Shown: positions 1 through 9,750, numbered from the stretch's first letter. The stretch is DNA of 64,000 nucleotides from Candidatus Heimdallarchaeum aukensis (GCA_021513695.1 CP084166.1:3017794-3081793); one strand, 5' to 3'. The notes: generated from the sequence alone by a model not told the origin. Numbers and translations are program-made.

Positions 1-1
1 A

Positions 2-181
2 TCAGGGATTGATCCAAAAGAAGTCGACTTGGGAAATTTAGCGAAAAAACTTAAGACCCAACTTGCTTGTGGAGGAACGTACAAAGATGGAAGAATTGAG
101 TTGCAAGGAGATCATAGATTTAAAATAAAAGATTTACTTGTAAACGCAGGTTTTCCCGCGGAAAATATAGAAGTGCAGTAA
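2..181 (+). CDS. translation initiation factor aIF1/SUI1, C-terminal fragment (5' end truncated by the window edge)
   Basis: Frame 2 reads SGIDPKEVDLGNLAKKLKTQLACGGTYKDGRIELQGDHRFKIKDLLVNAGFPAENIEVQ* and is open from the window start. This matches the conserved SUI1-family C-terminal core (ACxGT, IELQGD). Confidence 0.8.
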   Translation, partial: SGIDPKEVDLGNLAKKLKTQLACGGTYKDGRIELQGDHRFKIKDLLVNAGFPAENIEVQ

Positions 182-264
182 GAAAGCTTTTTCTATTTTT
201 TTATATCTTTATTAAAACTCTTAACCCATATTCTTAAATTAGTCTAAATTTTATTTTCTTAATA

Positions 265-516
265 ATGAAGAAAAAAAAGAAAGAGAAAAAAGAAAAGCCA
301 ATGCGAGATAGAGTGGAAGTTTGTCCGATTTGTTTTTCAATTGTAAAAAGATCTCCCCAAATCTTTGATGTCAACAGTACTTTTCACTGTACTAATAGTG
401 ATTGTGGATGGAGTGGTTCTTTTGCTGTGGAAGTAGATATTAACGAGTATAAGCAATTTGTTAAGGATAGACAAAACAAAAATGAAAGTGATAAGAATAG
501 TAGAGATGAACCATAA
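265..516 (+). CDS. small zinc-ribbon protein with polylysine N-terminus (hypothetical)
   Basis: 83-aa ORF with CPIC ... C..S.C cysteine pairs. The N-terminus is KKKKKEKKEK. No recognisable family. Confidence 0.35.
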   Translation: MKKKKKEKKEKPMRDRVEVCPICFSIVKRSPQIFDVNSTFHCTNSDCGWSGSFAVEVDINEYKQFVKDRQNKNESDKNSRDEP

Positions 517-558
517 ATTTATTTGATAATATTGTATAAAGAGAGTAGTGAGATAAAA

Positions 559-1395
559 ATGGAAATAGCAATTGTTACTGATACAAGTAGAGCACTACCT
601 TCCCAATTATATAAATTATACAATGTCTATCCTTTAGGTTATTATTTAGAGGATTCTAAAGGAACGATCTTTGCAGAAAGAGTTAGTGCTCAAGAAGTTC
701 AAACAGATAAACTTCTAACAATTGCTGAAAAAGATAAGAATGCCCAACTTTACTCTCCGACTGTAAAGGACTTTGTAGAGTTATACACCTTTTTAGAGGA
801 AGATTTTGATCATATAATTAGCTTTCATTCTTCGTTATTTACTCCAACTGTTTTTGAAAATGCTATACTTGCAAAAAAGGTAGTTTCTGATATAACAGTT
901 GATGTTCTGGATACTTATTCTTTTGAGTCTTCCTCAGGATTGATTTTAAATCAGCTAGCTAAAAAAATTCAAGATGCAGAATCAATCAATGAAATAAGAA
1001 AAGAAAGTTTTTCTCTTCATGGTAGAATACATAGTCAATTATTAACAAAAAATGACCAATTCAACAAAATAGGATTAAGAAGAGTTACATTCCTTTCAAA
1101 TATAAAATCAGCTTTTGTTCCTTGGAATCTTTATTTGTTTAAACAAAGTAACTGGGATCTAGTCAAAAATTCTCGTTCAATAAAGACTCTACAATCAGAA
1201 ATGGAAACAAGACTAATCTCTCTTGAAAAATCCAAAGATTTGAAATTTTGTTATTATTCATCTTCAAAAAGACTGAACAAAGAAGTAAAAGAACTTCTAG
1301 AAAAATTGGATAATTTATATGTTGAAGAAACTCCTCAAACTTTAGTCGCCTATTTTCTCACTTCAGAATACTCAATGAATATTTCTGTTCTTTAA
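559..1395 (+). CDS. DegV-family protein (divergent paralogue)
   Basis: N-terminus MEIAIVTDTSRAL resembles the DegV MKIAIVTDSx motif, and the length is about 280 aa. The GGR motif seen in the other three paralogues is missing. Start chosen at the internal Met that matches the family N-terminus. Confidence 0.45.
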   Translation: MEIAIVTDTSRALPSQLYKLYNVYPLGYYLEDSKGTIFAERVSAQEVQTDKLLTIAEKDKNAQLYSPTVKDFVELYTFLEEDFDHIISFHSSLFTPTVFENAILAKKVVSDITVDVLDTYSFESSSGLILNQLAKKIQDAESINEIRKESFSLHGRIHSQLLTKNDQFNKIGLRRVTFLSNIKSAFVPWNLYLFKQSNWDLVKNSRSIKTLQSEMETRLISLEKSKDLKFCYYSSSKRLNKEVKELLEKLDNLYVEETPQTLVAYFLTSEYSMNISVL

Positions 1396-2189
1396 CTCTC
1401 TTCTTTTACTGTTTTTATTCTATAAAAATTTGAAACATTTTCTGTTGTAATATCTGCCAGTTTTTTTACATCCACTTTAATTAATTCTGCAGCTTTTTTT
1501 GTTGATATTGCTATGGCAGAAGGTTCGTTTTTTTCTCCTTTTCTTAAGCTATGATATGGACTATCAGTTTCAAACATTAACTGAGTTTCCGGAATCAAAG
1601 ACAAGATTTTTTGGAAATTTTTTCTGTAAACTAAACTTGTTGGGACTGTAACAAACCAACCATTATCAACTACTCTTTCAATCTCATTTTCTGTTCCTGT
1701 AAAACAGTGCATTAAAACGTTTTCTAGATTATATGATTCAAGAATATTGATTGCATCTGTTTCTGCAGCTCTCGAATGGATTACAATTGGTTTGTTATTT
1801 TTATTTGCGAGTTCAATAAGACGTCTGAAGAAAACTTTCTGTTCTTTTCTTTTTTCTTCTTCTTTAACCCAATAGTAATCTAATCCAATTTCACCTATAG
1901 CTACTATAAATTCTGAATTTTTTAATAAAAATTCTTCAATTTTCTTGAAGTTTTCTTCTTCTACTTCTGTTGGTTGCATTCCAATGGTTAGATGAGTCCC
2001 ATAGTTTTTTGTTAAAAATACTCCGAATTCAAAGTGATGAGGGCTTAAAATACTATTTATAATTATTTCAACGTTATTTGATCTAGCTCTTTGAACAATT
2101 TCTGGTATACTTTTTTTTGAGAAAAAAGGAGGGTAAAGGTGACAATGAGCATCTGCAAAAATTATTTTCTGATTTGACATATAATTCAC
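1392..2189 (-). CDS. tatD: TatD-family metal-dependent hydrolase/DNase
   Basis: N-terminal IFADAHCHL motif, length 265 aa, and an IGEIGLD-like motif, all typical of TatD. Confidence 0.8.
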   Translation of the reverse strand: MNYMSNQKIIFADAHCHLYPPFFSKKSIPEIVQRARSNNVEIIINSILSPHHFEFGVFLTKNYGTHLTIGMQPTEVEEENFKKIEEFLLKNSEFIVAIGEIGLDYYWVKEEEKRKEQKVFFRRLIELANKNNKPIVIHSRAAETDAINILESYNLENVLMHCFTGTENEIERVVDNGWFVTVPTSLVYRKNFQKILSLIPETQLMFETDSPYHSLRKGEKNEPSAIAISTKKAAELIKVDVKKLADITTENVSNFYRIKTVKEES

Positions 2190-3166
2190 TATTTACAAAT
2201 TATATCTTTTAGCTTCTTGAGCATCTTTATTCCGCGAATTTCTTGGTTGAAAGCTTCAACAGTAGTTACATCATGGTTTGGAAAAGCTTGTTTGATGTAC
2301 TCTAAATTAGCTAAATGCTCTTTTCTTCTATTCATACAGTAAGGACAACTTTTATTTTCTGGATTAATTTGATTGACAACTATTTCTTTATTCGGAATAT
2401 AATGTTCTTTTAATTCTTCAAATAGTCGTTCTGACTCAAAAATAGACATAAGTGTAGGAATTCCAACAATTATAAATTGTGTCTTTTCATCATCCATTAG
2501 TGTTTCTCTGGCTATAAGTATCTTCTCTTTTAATTTTTCTAAGTTCTCTATTGTTCTATCTTTTTCTACATTTCCGCCAAAAAGAGATTTAATCATTGCC
2601 ATTGTATTAGAAATGAAGGTTTTCATTTTCAACATTCTACCAATAAAAGAATCTAAAAATTCTGGAATGTTGAGTAATCTCAATGTATGTCCTGTGGGCG
2701 CAGTGTCAAGTACAATCGTGTCGAATTCTTCATTATCCGCATACTCAAGGATTTTAGCAAAAGATAGAGCTTCATCCATTCCTGGTGGAGGGATTGATTT
2801 TAGATCTTGATCTATTCCCTTCATTGCTTCCATTCCTGGAATAGACATCAAACTAGAGAATTGATCTGCATCAAAGGAATCTCCTAATGCTTTTGTTAGT
2901 TCATCTCCTGATGATTCTGGGTTGATTTCTAAAGCGTACAATTCTCCTTTTACACCTTTAACTTTAGTTACAGTTCCAGATGAAAAATCCAAATCAAAAG
3001 AATCTGAAATGCTGTGTGCAGGGTCTGTTGAAACAAGTAAAGTTTTTTTACCTTTTTCAGCTAAAGCAATAGAAATTGCAGAAGCTATAGAAGTTTTCCC
3101 TACTCCTCCTTTTCCCCCTACCAAAATGAACTTTAGGTCCTTCTCTAATAAATCCTTGATAGTCAT
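2189..3166 (-). CDS. ArsA/Get3-family ATPase (TRC40/Get3 homologue)
   Basis: Deviant Walker A GGKGGVGKT, the signature TDPAHS motif, and a CPYC pair near the C-terminus as in Get3 zinc-linked dimers. Confidence 0.8.
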   Translation of the reverse strand: MTIKDLLEKDLKFILVGGKGGVGKTSIASAISIALAEKGKKTLLVSTDPAHSISDSFDLDFSSGTVTKVKGVKGELYALEINPESSGDELTKALGDSFDADQFSSLMSIPGMEAMKGIDQDLKSIPPPGMDEALSFAKILEYADNEEFDTIVLDTAPTGHTLRLLNIPEFLDSFIGRMLKMKTFISNTMAMIKSLFGGNVEKDRTIENLEKLKEKILIARETLMDDEKTQFIIVGIPTLMSIFESERLFEELKEHYIPNKEIVVNQINPENKSCPYCMNRRKEHLANLEYIKQAFPNHDVTTVEAFNQEIRGIKMLKKLKDIICK

Positions 3167-3280
3167 TAATATAGAAAAAAATCGACTCTTATTTAAAGAT
3201 AAATATTAGTGATTAATAGAACTTTTAAGTAAAATAAAAAAAACTCTCGAAAAATAAAAATAGATAAAGAAAACAAATTT

Positions 3281-4045
3281 TTACTTTCTACGTTTTCTTT
3301 TCTTAATTTTTCTTTTTTGTTCTTGTTTTGTTTTATGTGGTTTTTTAACCAATGGGGAAATCTTTCTTGAACTTCTTCTTCGTTTATGAACTTTCTGTAT
3401 AGCGAATAAATCTACAATGATTATAGTAGTGAATACTCCAACGATACCCAAGACAAAATAGAATAAGTTTAACCATTTTTCCGAGTCTATAACTTCTACA
3501 TTTTCAGGTAATACGACATTTAACGAGTATCTTTGAGAATAAGACTTGTACATAACACTATTTTCATCATAGTATTTTATCTCTGTGGCTTCTAAGGTAA
3601 AGTTTCCTTCAAGTAAAGGTTGGATGTAATAAGTATAAACGAAGCTAGCATTTATTTCAACTTGTATATACTTTTGCTCTGTCAAATTAAAAGTTGAAAC
3701 TGCCCACTCTTCAAAGCTTGGTTCTGTAATAGAAAGATTATACGCTGTTCTGTTTCCAATATTGGTTATATTTAGGTCAATTCTAATCCATTGCAAAGGC
3801 TCAAGTTCAGTAACGTTAATTACCTTCTTTATAGCTAAAAGTGGTCTGCTAGGTAATGTATCATTAGTGTCATTTAATGCTAAATATGGTCGATAGTAAT
3901 TTCTCTCTGGTTCCTGAATTTTTTGAATCTGGTCATTGTTGTTTATTACACTGTTGGAACCACTAATAAATGATGAATTTACAGCTAAAACTAACATCAC
4001 AACTAATACAAATCGTAAATACTTTCTTCCGGGCATATGTTTCAT
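3281..4045 (-). CDS. secreted/membrane-anchored protein rich in N-glycosylation sequons, with a C-terminal TM helix and polybasic tail (hypothetical)
   Basis: N-terminal hydrophobic signal-like segment. More than 10 N-x-S/T sequons. C-terminal hydrophobic helix followed by a tail that includes KRRRSSRK and KRKIKKRKRRK. Confidence 0.5.
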   Translation of the reverse strand: MKHMPGRKYLRFVLVVMLVLAVNSSFISGSNSVINNNDQIQKIQEPERNYYRPYLALNDTNDTLPSRPLLAIKKVINVTELEPLQWIRIDLNITNIGNRTAYNLSITEPSFEEWAVSTFNLTEQKYIQVEINASFVYTYYIQPLLEGNFTLEATEIKYYDENSVMYKSYSQRYSLNVVLPENVEVIDSEKWLNLFYFVLGIVGVFTTIIIVDLFAIQKVHKRRRSSRKISPLVKKPHKTKQEQKRKIKKRKRRK

Positions 4046-4243
4046 TATCCTTTTATTGCTTATGGAGCATGAAATAATCTCGTTTAAATATTTTGCTCTT
4101 GGAACTAGAAATAAGCTAGCGCTTTATTTACTTATCGCCTATTTTTTTCCTTATATTTAGATGTTATTTTAAGAATTCTAGGTAACAATATTTTATGGTA
4201 AAAGAACATAGTAACAATTATAAAAAGGTGGATTTGTTTTAAA

Positions 4244-5143
4244 TTGAGAGCAATGACTGTTAAAATTCTATGTGATACTAGTGCAGATTTGAATCTTCCC
4301 ACTGATCAAACAATCTATGACAAATATAACATTGGAACTTTTCCCATGCATGTTATTTTTGGAACGAATGATTATAGAGAATTAGTTGACATAAAAACTT
4401 CTGAATTCAGGAAAAAGATCTATGAAACAGATGTTCATCCCACCACTTCTCAACCAACACAATTTGATATCTTAACACAATTTGAGAAGTTTGGAAAAGA
4501 CTACGATGAAATCATATCATTTCATATCTCATCAAAATTAAGTGGGAGCTATGCTAATGCAAAAATAGCTAAAAAAATGTATGAGAAATCAAATAAAGAA
4601 CATGCTAAAGTGTATTTAGTTGATAGTTTATTAGCTAGTTCAGCTTTTGGACTTGTAGTTATTAAAGCCGCTAAGTTAGCAGAAGAAGGTCTGTCTGGAC
4701 AAGAAATAGTTGATAAAATAAACGATTGGAAAAAAAATAATATAGTTGTTTATTTCACTGTAGAGAACTTAGAGTGGCTTTATCGCGGAGGTAGATTAAG
4801 TAAAACTAAGTACTATTTAGGTAGCATGTTAAACAAAAAACCAGTTTTAACATTAGTTGATGGAGAAATTGTGAGTGCAAAGACTGTTACAGGAATAGAA
4901 AAAACTTTTGATACTATAATTGACCTTGCCTTTAAACGCTTTCCAGAAGTTGAGCAGGAGAGAATAATGTACAATATTATCGAATTTGATTACAAAGATG
5001 TAGTAGATGATGTAATTCAGAAAACGAAAAACAAGTATCCTAATGCTAAAGAAGGAAAAGTGTTTGAAATGGGAGGAACAATTGCAGCTCATACTGGTCC
5101 AAAAACTCTAGGGTTTATTGTTACCAAAGATTTTGAATTTTAA
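4244..5143 (+). CDS. DegV-family fatty-acid-binding protein
   Basis: MTVKILCDTSADL N-terminus and a YRGGRLSK motif, length about 300 aa. Paralogous to the next two ORFs. Confidence 0.75.
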   Translation: MRAMTVKILCDTSADLNLPTDQTIYDKYNIGTFPMHVIFGTNDYRELVDIKTSEFRKKIYETDVHPTTSQPTQFDILTQFEKFGKDYDEIISFHISSKLSGSYANAKIAKKMYEKSNKEHAKVYLVDSLLASSAFGLVVIKAAKLAEEGLSGQEIVDKINDWKKNNIVVYFTVENLEWLYRGGRLSKTKYYLGSMLNKKPVLTLVDGEIVSAKTVTGIEKTFDTIIDLAFKRFPEVEQERIMYNIIEFDYKDVVDDVIQKTKNKYPNAKEGKVFEMGGTIAAHTGPKTLGFIVTKDFEF

Positions 5144-5210
5144 TTTCTTTTTTTTCTTTTCTTTTTTGGAAAAAGATTTATTCAACACATTTTAAGTTAG
5201 TTTGAAATAG

Positions 5211-6119
5211 ATGACAATAAAGATTTTGTGTGATACTTCAGCTGATCTTGTCTTACATCCAAATAAGCCACTGTATGACTCGCTAGGTGTTGGAATTCTT
5301 CCCATGAAAGTTTTTTTTGATGAGAATGATGTTTTTTTAGAGCAAAAAAATATTAGTAACATACAGTTTTATGAGTTAATAAGACTCTCCCAGACCCAAC
5401 CTAAAACCTCTCCTCCTTCAGCAGATGATATATTTAAAGAATTTCAAAGATATGGAAGAGAATATGATGAACTAATTTCTTTACATATTTCTAAAGATTT
5501 AAGTCATACATATTTTAACGCTGTTGAAGCAAAGAAGAGATACTTGAAAACTGAATCAAATCCAGCCAAAATAAATATAATTCATAGTGGTGTTGCAAGT
5601 TTAGCTCTGGGAAAACTTGTATTGAAAGCTGTTGAACTTAAAAATAAAGGTTTTGAAACTTCTGAAATTATAAAACAACTTTATTCTTGGAAAGAAAATA
5701 ATGTTAAAGCAGCTTTTACTGTTAGAGATTTAAATTGGTTATATGAAGGAGGAAGACTTACAAGGTCACAGAAAACAATAGGTACAATATTAAATAAAAA
5801 ACCTGTTCTTACTTTTGATCATGGAAAAATCAATGTAATTGGTTATTCAACAGGATTGGAAAGAACATTGAGATTTATGGTTAAATATCTCTTATCACAG
5901 ATGGAGGAGGAGAAAATAAACAAACTTACCTTGTCTTTTATCACAGCACAGAATTTTGGTTTAATAGATGACTTCTCAAGAGTAATAAAGAAAGAATTTC
6001 CGAAAATTAATTTAGGTCCTAAATTTGAGCTAGGTGCAACAATTACTAGCCATACAGGAATGGAGACAATAGGTTTTGTAATTTCAAGTAATCTTAAAAT
6101 AGATCCTTTAATAAAATAA
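5211..6119 (+). CDS. DegV-family fatty-acid-binding protein
   Basis: MTIKILCDTSADL N-terminus and a YEGGRLTRSQK motif. Tandem paralogue. Confidence 0.75.
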   Translation: MTIKILCDTSADLVLHPNKPLYDSLGVGILPMKVFFDENDVFLEQKNISNIQFYELIRLSQTQPKTSPPSADDIFKEFQRYGREYDELISLHISKDLSHTYFNAVEAKKRYLKTESNPAKINIIHSGVASLALGKLVLKAVELKNKGFETSEIIKQLYSWKENNVKAAFTVRDLNWLYEGGRLTRSQKTIGTILNKKPVLTFDHGKINVIGYSTGLERTLRFMVKYLLSQMEEEKINKLTLSFITAQNFGLIDDFSRVIKKEFPKINLGPKFELGATITSHTGMETIGFVISSNLKIDPLIK

Positions 6120-6242
6120 TTAACTTAACTTTAATGTTTTCTTACGTGTTGGCTATATTTGCCACTATAAAACAAGAATCTTTAAAGATTTTTTTCTTAA
6201 AAAAGATTTAAAAAAAAGCGTTTTATATACAATTGAACACAA

Positions 6243-7133
6243 ATGACAGTAAAAATAATGACCGATAGTGCAGCAGATATTCCCGAATATCTCCTAAAGG
6301 AGTATGATATCTCTACAGTCCCCACAGTAATCAGATTTGGTGATGATGTCTATTATGAAAACAAAGATTTGACTTTGGATCAATACTATGAACTATTTCA
6401 TTCTCATCCAGAACCACCTCAAACAGCTAATCCTACTTTAGCTGATGACTTTGAATTATACAAAAAACTAGGAGAAGAAGCTGATGAAGTGATAAATATT
6501 GTTATTTCTAGCGGTATTTCTGGTTCATTCAACACTTCTAATGCTGCTTTGAAAATGTATGAAAAGAGAGTAAAAGATGGTGCAAAAGTATATGTCTTTG
6601 ATTCACATTTTGCTACAATGGGTATAGGTGTCCAAGCTTTAAAGGCTTCAGAGATGGCTAAAGAAGGACATAATGCAGCTGAAATATTGGCAATGTTAGA
6701 AGAATACAGAGACAAATTAGCTGTTGCTTTCACAGTAGATAATTTAAAGTATCTCCATAGAGGAGGAAGATTGTCAAAATCTAAATTTTGGATAGCCAAA
6801 CTAGCTGACTTACATCCTGTGATTACTTTTATTGATGGAAAAATGGAAGTTGAAAAGACTTCTAGAGGTTATGATAATGCAATGGAAAAAGCTTTTGATC
6901 TATCTTGGGAAAAAACGAATAAAGCTAAGAAATTCAATGCCTATATCTGTTATGGAGAAAATAAAGAACACGCTCTATACATGAGAGATTATATCCAAGA
7001 TAAAGTAGATGCAGAATTTAATATCGAGATATATCAAGTAGGAGCAACAATAATTACCCATACAGGTCCAGAAGTAAGTGGAATACTGCTTGATCCTTAT
7101 AATGAAAAACTCTATAAAGCATCAGAAAAATAG
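6243..7133 (+). CDS. DegV-family fatty-acid-binding protein
   Basis: MTVKIMTDSAADIP N-terminus and a HRGGRLSKSK motif. Tandem paralogue. Confidence 0.75.
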   Translation: MTVKIMTDSAADIPEYLLKEYDISTVPTVIRFGDDVYYENKDLTLDQYYELFHSHPEPPQTANPTLADDFELYKKLGEEADEVINIVISSGISGSFNTSNAALKMYEKRVKDGAKVYVFDSHFATMGIGVQALKASEMAKEGHNAAEILAMLEEYRDKLAVAFTVDNLKYLHRGGRLSKSKFWIAKLADLHPVITFIDGKMEVEKTSRGYDNAMEKAFDLSWEKTNKAKKFNAYICYGENKEHALYMRDYIQDKVDAEFNIEIYQVGATIITHTGPEVSGILLDPYNEKLYKASEK

Positions 7134-7134
7134 G

Positions 7135-7872
7135 ATGGATTGTATGATATCCTTTGATGCTTTTTTCTTTGACTTAGATGGGACTTTAATAGACTTTAAT
7201 CCCAATAATTTTGTAAAAATCTATTTAGGAGCTGCTGCAAAGTATTTTAAGGATTTGATACCTGATAGTGACTATTTTATTCAATCAATATTAGATTCAA
7301 CAAATGTAATGGAAATGGCTGAAACTCCAAAGAAACTAGCTTTATACGACTTTTTTGATGATTTTTGTCAAAAGTTCGATCCTGAATGTTCAACTATAAT
7401 TCAGAGATTTAGAAATTTCTATAATGAAGGTTTTAATGTAGTAGAGAAAATTATAAGACCTATTCCTTACGCTGAAACTGTTCTTTCATTTATTAGAGAC
7501 AATTATCCAAAAAGCAAAATTGTTCTAGCAACAAATCCGGTTTTTCCAGAAGTAGCTATTATTAAAAGATTGAACTGGGGGGGATTGTCAGAAAATCTTT
7601 TTGATTACATTACCCATGCTGAAAATAGCTATTATTGTAAAGGTTCTTTAAATTATTGGATAGACTTAGCAAAAAAACTTGATGTGAAACCTGAGAAAAC
7701 ATTGGTTGTAGGAAATGATGGAGAACGTGATATGATTGCCAAAAAAGCTGGTTTCAAGACATTCTTTTTGACACAAACTGCTGAAAATGAGCACTCCATA
7801 GAGAAATACAAACCGGACTACAAAGGGAGCTTGGAATCACTATTAAATTTATTAAATGAAAAGAAAGACTAA
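7135..7872 (+). CDS. HAD-superfamily hydrolase
   Basis: FFFDLDGTLIDF motif I lies close to the chosen start (MDCMISFDAFFFDLDG). The C-terminal VGNDGERDM resembles HAD motif IV. The gene follows immediately after the third tandem DegV. Confidence 0.7.
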   Translation: MDCMISFDAFFFDLDGTLIDFNPNNFVKIYLGAAAKYFKDLIPDSDYFIQSILDSTNVMEMAETPKKLALYDFFDDFCQKFDPECSTIIQRFRNFYNEGFNVVEKIIRPIPYAETVLSFIRDNYPKSKIVLATNPVFPEVAIIKRLNWGGLSENLFDYITHAENSYYCKGSLNYWIDLAKKLDVKPEKTLVVGNDGERDMIAKKAGFKTFFLTQTAENEHSIEKYKPDYKGSLESLLNLLNEKKD

Positions 7873-7918
7873 TAAGTTGTAAAAATAGCTTTTTCTTAGT
7901 TTATAAAATTATGATTGC

Positions 7919-7989
7919 ATTCGCCTATGATGATGCAACGGTCTGCGATTCGAAAGAAAATGAACGCTGATGGGCGGGCTGAGGCGAAT
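7919..7989 (+). ncRNA. candidate C/D box sRNA (2'-O-methylation guide)
   Basis: GC-rich 71-nt island in an AT-rich intergenic region. The 5' ATTCGCC pairs with the 3' GGCGAAT to form a 7-bp terminal stem. A C box ATGATGA lies directly after the 5' stem and a D box CTGA directly before the 3' stem. The C-to-D span is 56 nt, typical for archaeal C/D sRNAs. An internal TGATGG could be the C' box. The internal D' box is degenerate. Confidence 0.4.
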
Positions 7990-8046
7990 TAAATATTTTC
8001 TTTAATTAAAAAAAGAAAGTAAATTGATTTTGTAAAAGAAATTTTC

Positions 8047-9750
8047 TTATTCTTTTACTGCTTTAATAACTTCTTTGTATTTGTAGAAGGCTAGTCTTTT
8101 GTGGCCATTTTCTGCTACTAAACCGTTTAAATTAGCAGTAATAGTTCTATCCATCAAAGGATCACATATGAAACCAGTTATCTTCTGGTTATTTACCACT
8201 ATTTCCAGCTGTCTAGCTAGGGTTCCTGCTTGAATTCTTTCTCCATACATCATAGGTGAAAAACTTGTTGAACTAATCCACACAGTCTTATTAGCTTGTA
8301 CAGTTATATTCAGGTATTCATCGAAATTGAGGTCTCTATCTTGATAAACATAAATGTTGATTATTGCTAAATCAATAGTCGTAGAATTCCATAAATTATC
8401 GAACAATCCGCTATCAATATCATCTAAGGTTACAGAAACTGCAACTTTTGTTTTATTAGAAAGTGAATGAATTAAGTTAGCAGTATTATTTATTGCTTGT
8501 GTCCAATCGTTATTTGTTATAGTTTCTTCAGGATTCATGAAATAAGTTTGAAAAACAATTGGTTGAGGATAGATTACAAGATAATCTGGTTCATAATTTT
8601 CAACTATCATTTGAGCCTCCATTTCTATTGTATTACTGTAATTTGCAAATGACTCATAGGGATAGCTCCATGTAGCATTTCCATAGGCAAAAAGAGCAAT
8701 TTTCAATCCTTCTGATTTAAGAGCATTGAGCATATTACCAAAAGATGTTTGATTTGCTAGAATAATATCAGTTAACACATCAATAGATACTGTATCTACT
8801 CCTAATTCTCTTATAAGATCAAGTTCTAGTGAAAAAATTTCTTCATAGTTTGATGGTAAAAAGGTTTGAAAGCTTCCAGTTCTAAGTGAAACAGCAAAAC
8901 TAAAGTCTTCTCTTTGTATGTATGTTGGTTGATAATTTTTAGCAGTATATTGACTTAAAGATGATAGCACTCCCACTCCAATCATGCTAAATATTATTAA
9001 GAACAGGACAATAAAAACAAAAATACCTTTTACTCCATTACTAAGAAAAGTCCCTATTCCTCTTTTTTCTTTCTTTTCTTGTTCTTTTTCTATTCTTTCA
9101 AGAAAAACAGTACTTTTCTTTCTTGAAACTTTTTCTCCTTTTTTTTCTTGAGAAACAGCTTTTTTAGAAATTTGCTTCTTTTCTTCATCTACACTTTTTA
9201 TTTTTCCTTTTTCAAAAAGATCAATAGGTATTGCTATCGGAATCAATATAAATAGTGGATACCAATAAGCTGTTCCTCCTGTAAAGAACAGAGCTTGAAG
9301 TAATCCATATGAGATAGAAGGAATTGTTAATATCCAATTTAGAAAACGAGGAAGGTTTAATACGGTATAAGAAGCAATTACGTTTAATAATATTAGCGTT
9401 GAATATAAAGCCATAAAACTGAAAATTATTCCTCCCATACGCTTTAGAAAATCTGTTTCACTCTTGAAAATATAGACAGTAGCGATAATGTTGTTTACGC
9501 ACAAGAAAAGAAAGCCAAAAAATCCAAGAAAGCCTGTAGACGGTAAATATAATCTTATGAACCATATAAAAGAAGATAGAGTTCCGATTGAAATCAATGC
9601 AGATGAGATTAATGACCAAATAAACTGTTTATCTCTTTTCTTTCTTGAAAGATTCTTGTAAAGTGTTTTTACTACTATTACCATATTAAAAATAAATGCG
9701 AGAAATATTAATACTATCGCACCATTTGTCCCAAGTAAAGCTGCCATCAT
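8047..9750 (-). CDS. polytopic membrane protein with a large C-terminal extracytoplasmic domain (possible glycoside-hydrolase-like TIM barrel), hypothetical
   Basis: About 9 hydrophobic helices in the N-terminal 250 aa, then a lysine/glutamate-rich linker and a roughly 300-aa domain with many N-x-S/T sequons. No confident family assignment. Confidence 0.45.
   Translation of the reverse strand: MMAALLGTNGAIVLIFLAFIFNMVIVVKTLYKNLSRKKRDKQFIWSLISSALISIGTLSSFIWFIRLYLPSTGFLGFFGFLFLCVNNIIATVYIFKSETDFLKRMGGIIFSFMALYSTLILLNVIASYTVLNLPRFLNWILTIPSISYGLLQALFFTGGTAYWYPLFILIPIAIPIDLFEKGKIKSVDEEKKQISKKAVSQEKKGEKVSRKKSTVFLERIEKEQEKKEKRGIGTFLSNGVKGIFVFIVLFLIIFSMIGVGVLSSLSQYTAKNYQPTYIQREDFSFAVSLRTGSFQTFLPSNYEEIFSLELDLIRELGVDTVSIDVLTDIILANQTSFGNMLNALKSEGLKIALFAYGNATWSYPYESFANYSNTIEMEAQMIVENYEPDYLVIYPQPIVFQTYFMNPEETITNNDWTQAINNTANLIHSLSNKTKVAVSVTLDDIDSGLFDNLWNSTTIDLAIINIYVYQDRDLNFDEYLNITVQANKTVWISSTSFSPMMYGERIQAGTLARQLEIVVNNQKITGFICDPLMDRTITANLNGLVAENGHKRLAFYKYKEVIKAVKE

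Noticed and set aside
2613-3209. ORFs 2613..2810(+) and 2922..3209(+) antisense to the Get3 gene
   Set aside because: Fully contained within a well-supported minus-strand gene, with low-complexity translation.
4853-5092. 79-aa minus-strand ORF inside the DegV gene
   Set aside because: Antisense to a conserved CDS. The F/I/N/Y-rich translation is typical of random AT-rich frames.
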